Shown here piece by piece: positions 63,603 to 64,000 of a stretch of 64,000 bases of DNA. The translations under genes and the position numbers were made by a program. The first letter of the stretch is position 1, and every line of letters starts with the position of its first letter. The notes beneath the pieces are model-generated. The model was not told the origin of the DNA, made no database searches, and saw only the letters and a list, made by a program, of their open reading frames with translations. Origin of the DNA: Azolla caroliniana (taxonomy: Eukaryota > Plantae > Polypodiophyta); assembly GCA_043228905.1 (NCBI GenBank), contig JBHGNT010000014.1:5332001-5396000 (forward strand), given 5' to 3'.

Positions 63603-64000
63603 TGATGGAAAATCAATCGACACTTTCCAAACTTCACCTCTCGGCCACAACCAAGGAAACACACGAATCGTTGTTGCAGAAAATGGGAAATGCGAGAAAT
63701 AGAGTGGACACACGATTTAACGTGGAAAACCCTGTACGGGAAAAACCACGGGAGTACAAGACTCCGAACCAAAACTATGCACAGAGAAATATACAATGGC
63801 GAGCTGCAAGGCGACGACCTTGAGCTCGTTGTCTTCGCCACAGGCGGCGGAAATACACAGAGGCGTCGACCTCTTCCTCTCTCACGCTCTATCTCTCTCG
63901 CGGCTGCTCTCTCTTCACTCCTCTTGAGTGGAAAAACAGAAAAAATGATAAGCAACATAAAACTGTTTGCCCTAAGTCATATTTATACACATATGACTTT
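63603..64000 (-). repeat. LTR of a second element-C copy (continues beyond window)
   Basis: Reverse complement of about 34710-35107, near-identical. Confidence 0.95.

Overview
Eukaryotic land-plant DNA (fern-like or other non-seed plant by inference, not proven), dominated by retrotransposons. The one clear host gene is an apparently intact 19-exon ASPM/abnormal-spindle homolog on the minus strand (23164..14728), with CH domains, about 24 IQ motifs and a C-terminal ARM-like region. Next to it is a diverged tandem duplication of about 2.3-2.7 kb, each copy carrying a conserved 95-codon ORF with a TATA box. The rest consists of Ty1/copia elements (tRNA-iMet PBS, 5-bp TSDs), two L1-type LINE relics, an RTE-like LINE fragment and solo LTRs, nested four to five layers deep from 28.6 kb to the window end. 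The most unusual signals are: (i) four related copia elements whose Pol continues past RNase H into a charged tail of very different lengths that stays in frame to a stop at LTR nt 4-6, with a second upstream PPT-like tract and a conserved hairpin over the PPT/LTR junction; (ii) a TGTCRTGA-type solo-LTR group with 4-bp CG-containing target sites, two members carrying tRNA-like A/B boxes; (iii) the duplicated small ORF; (iv) tandem copies of an ASPM splice acceptor inside intron 1.
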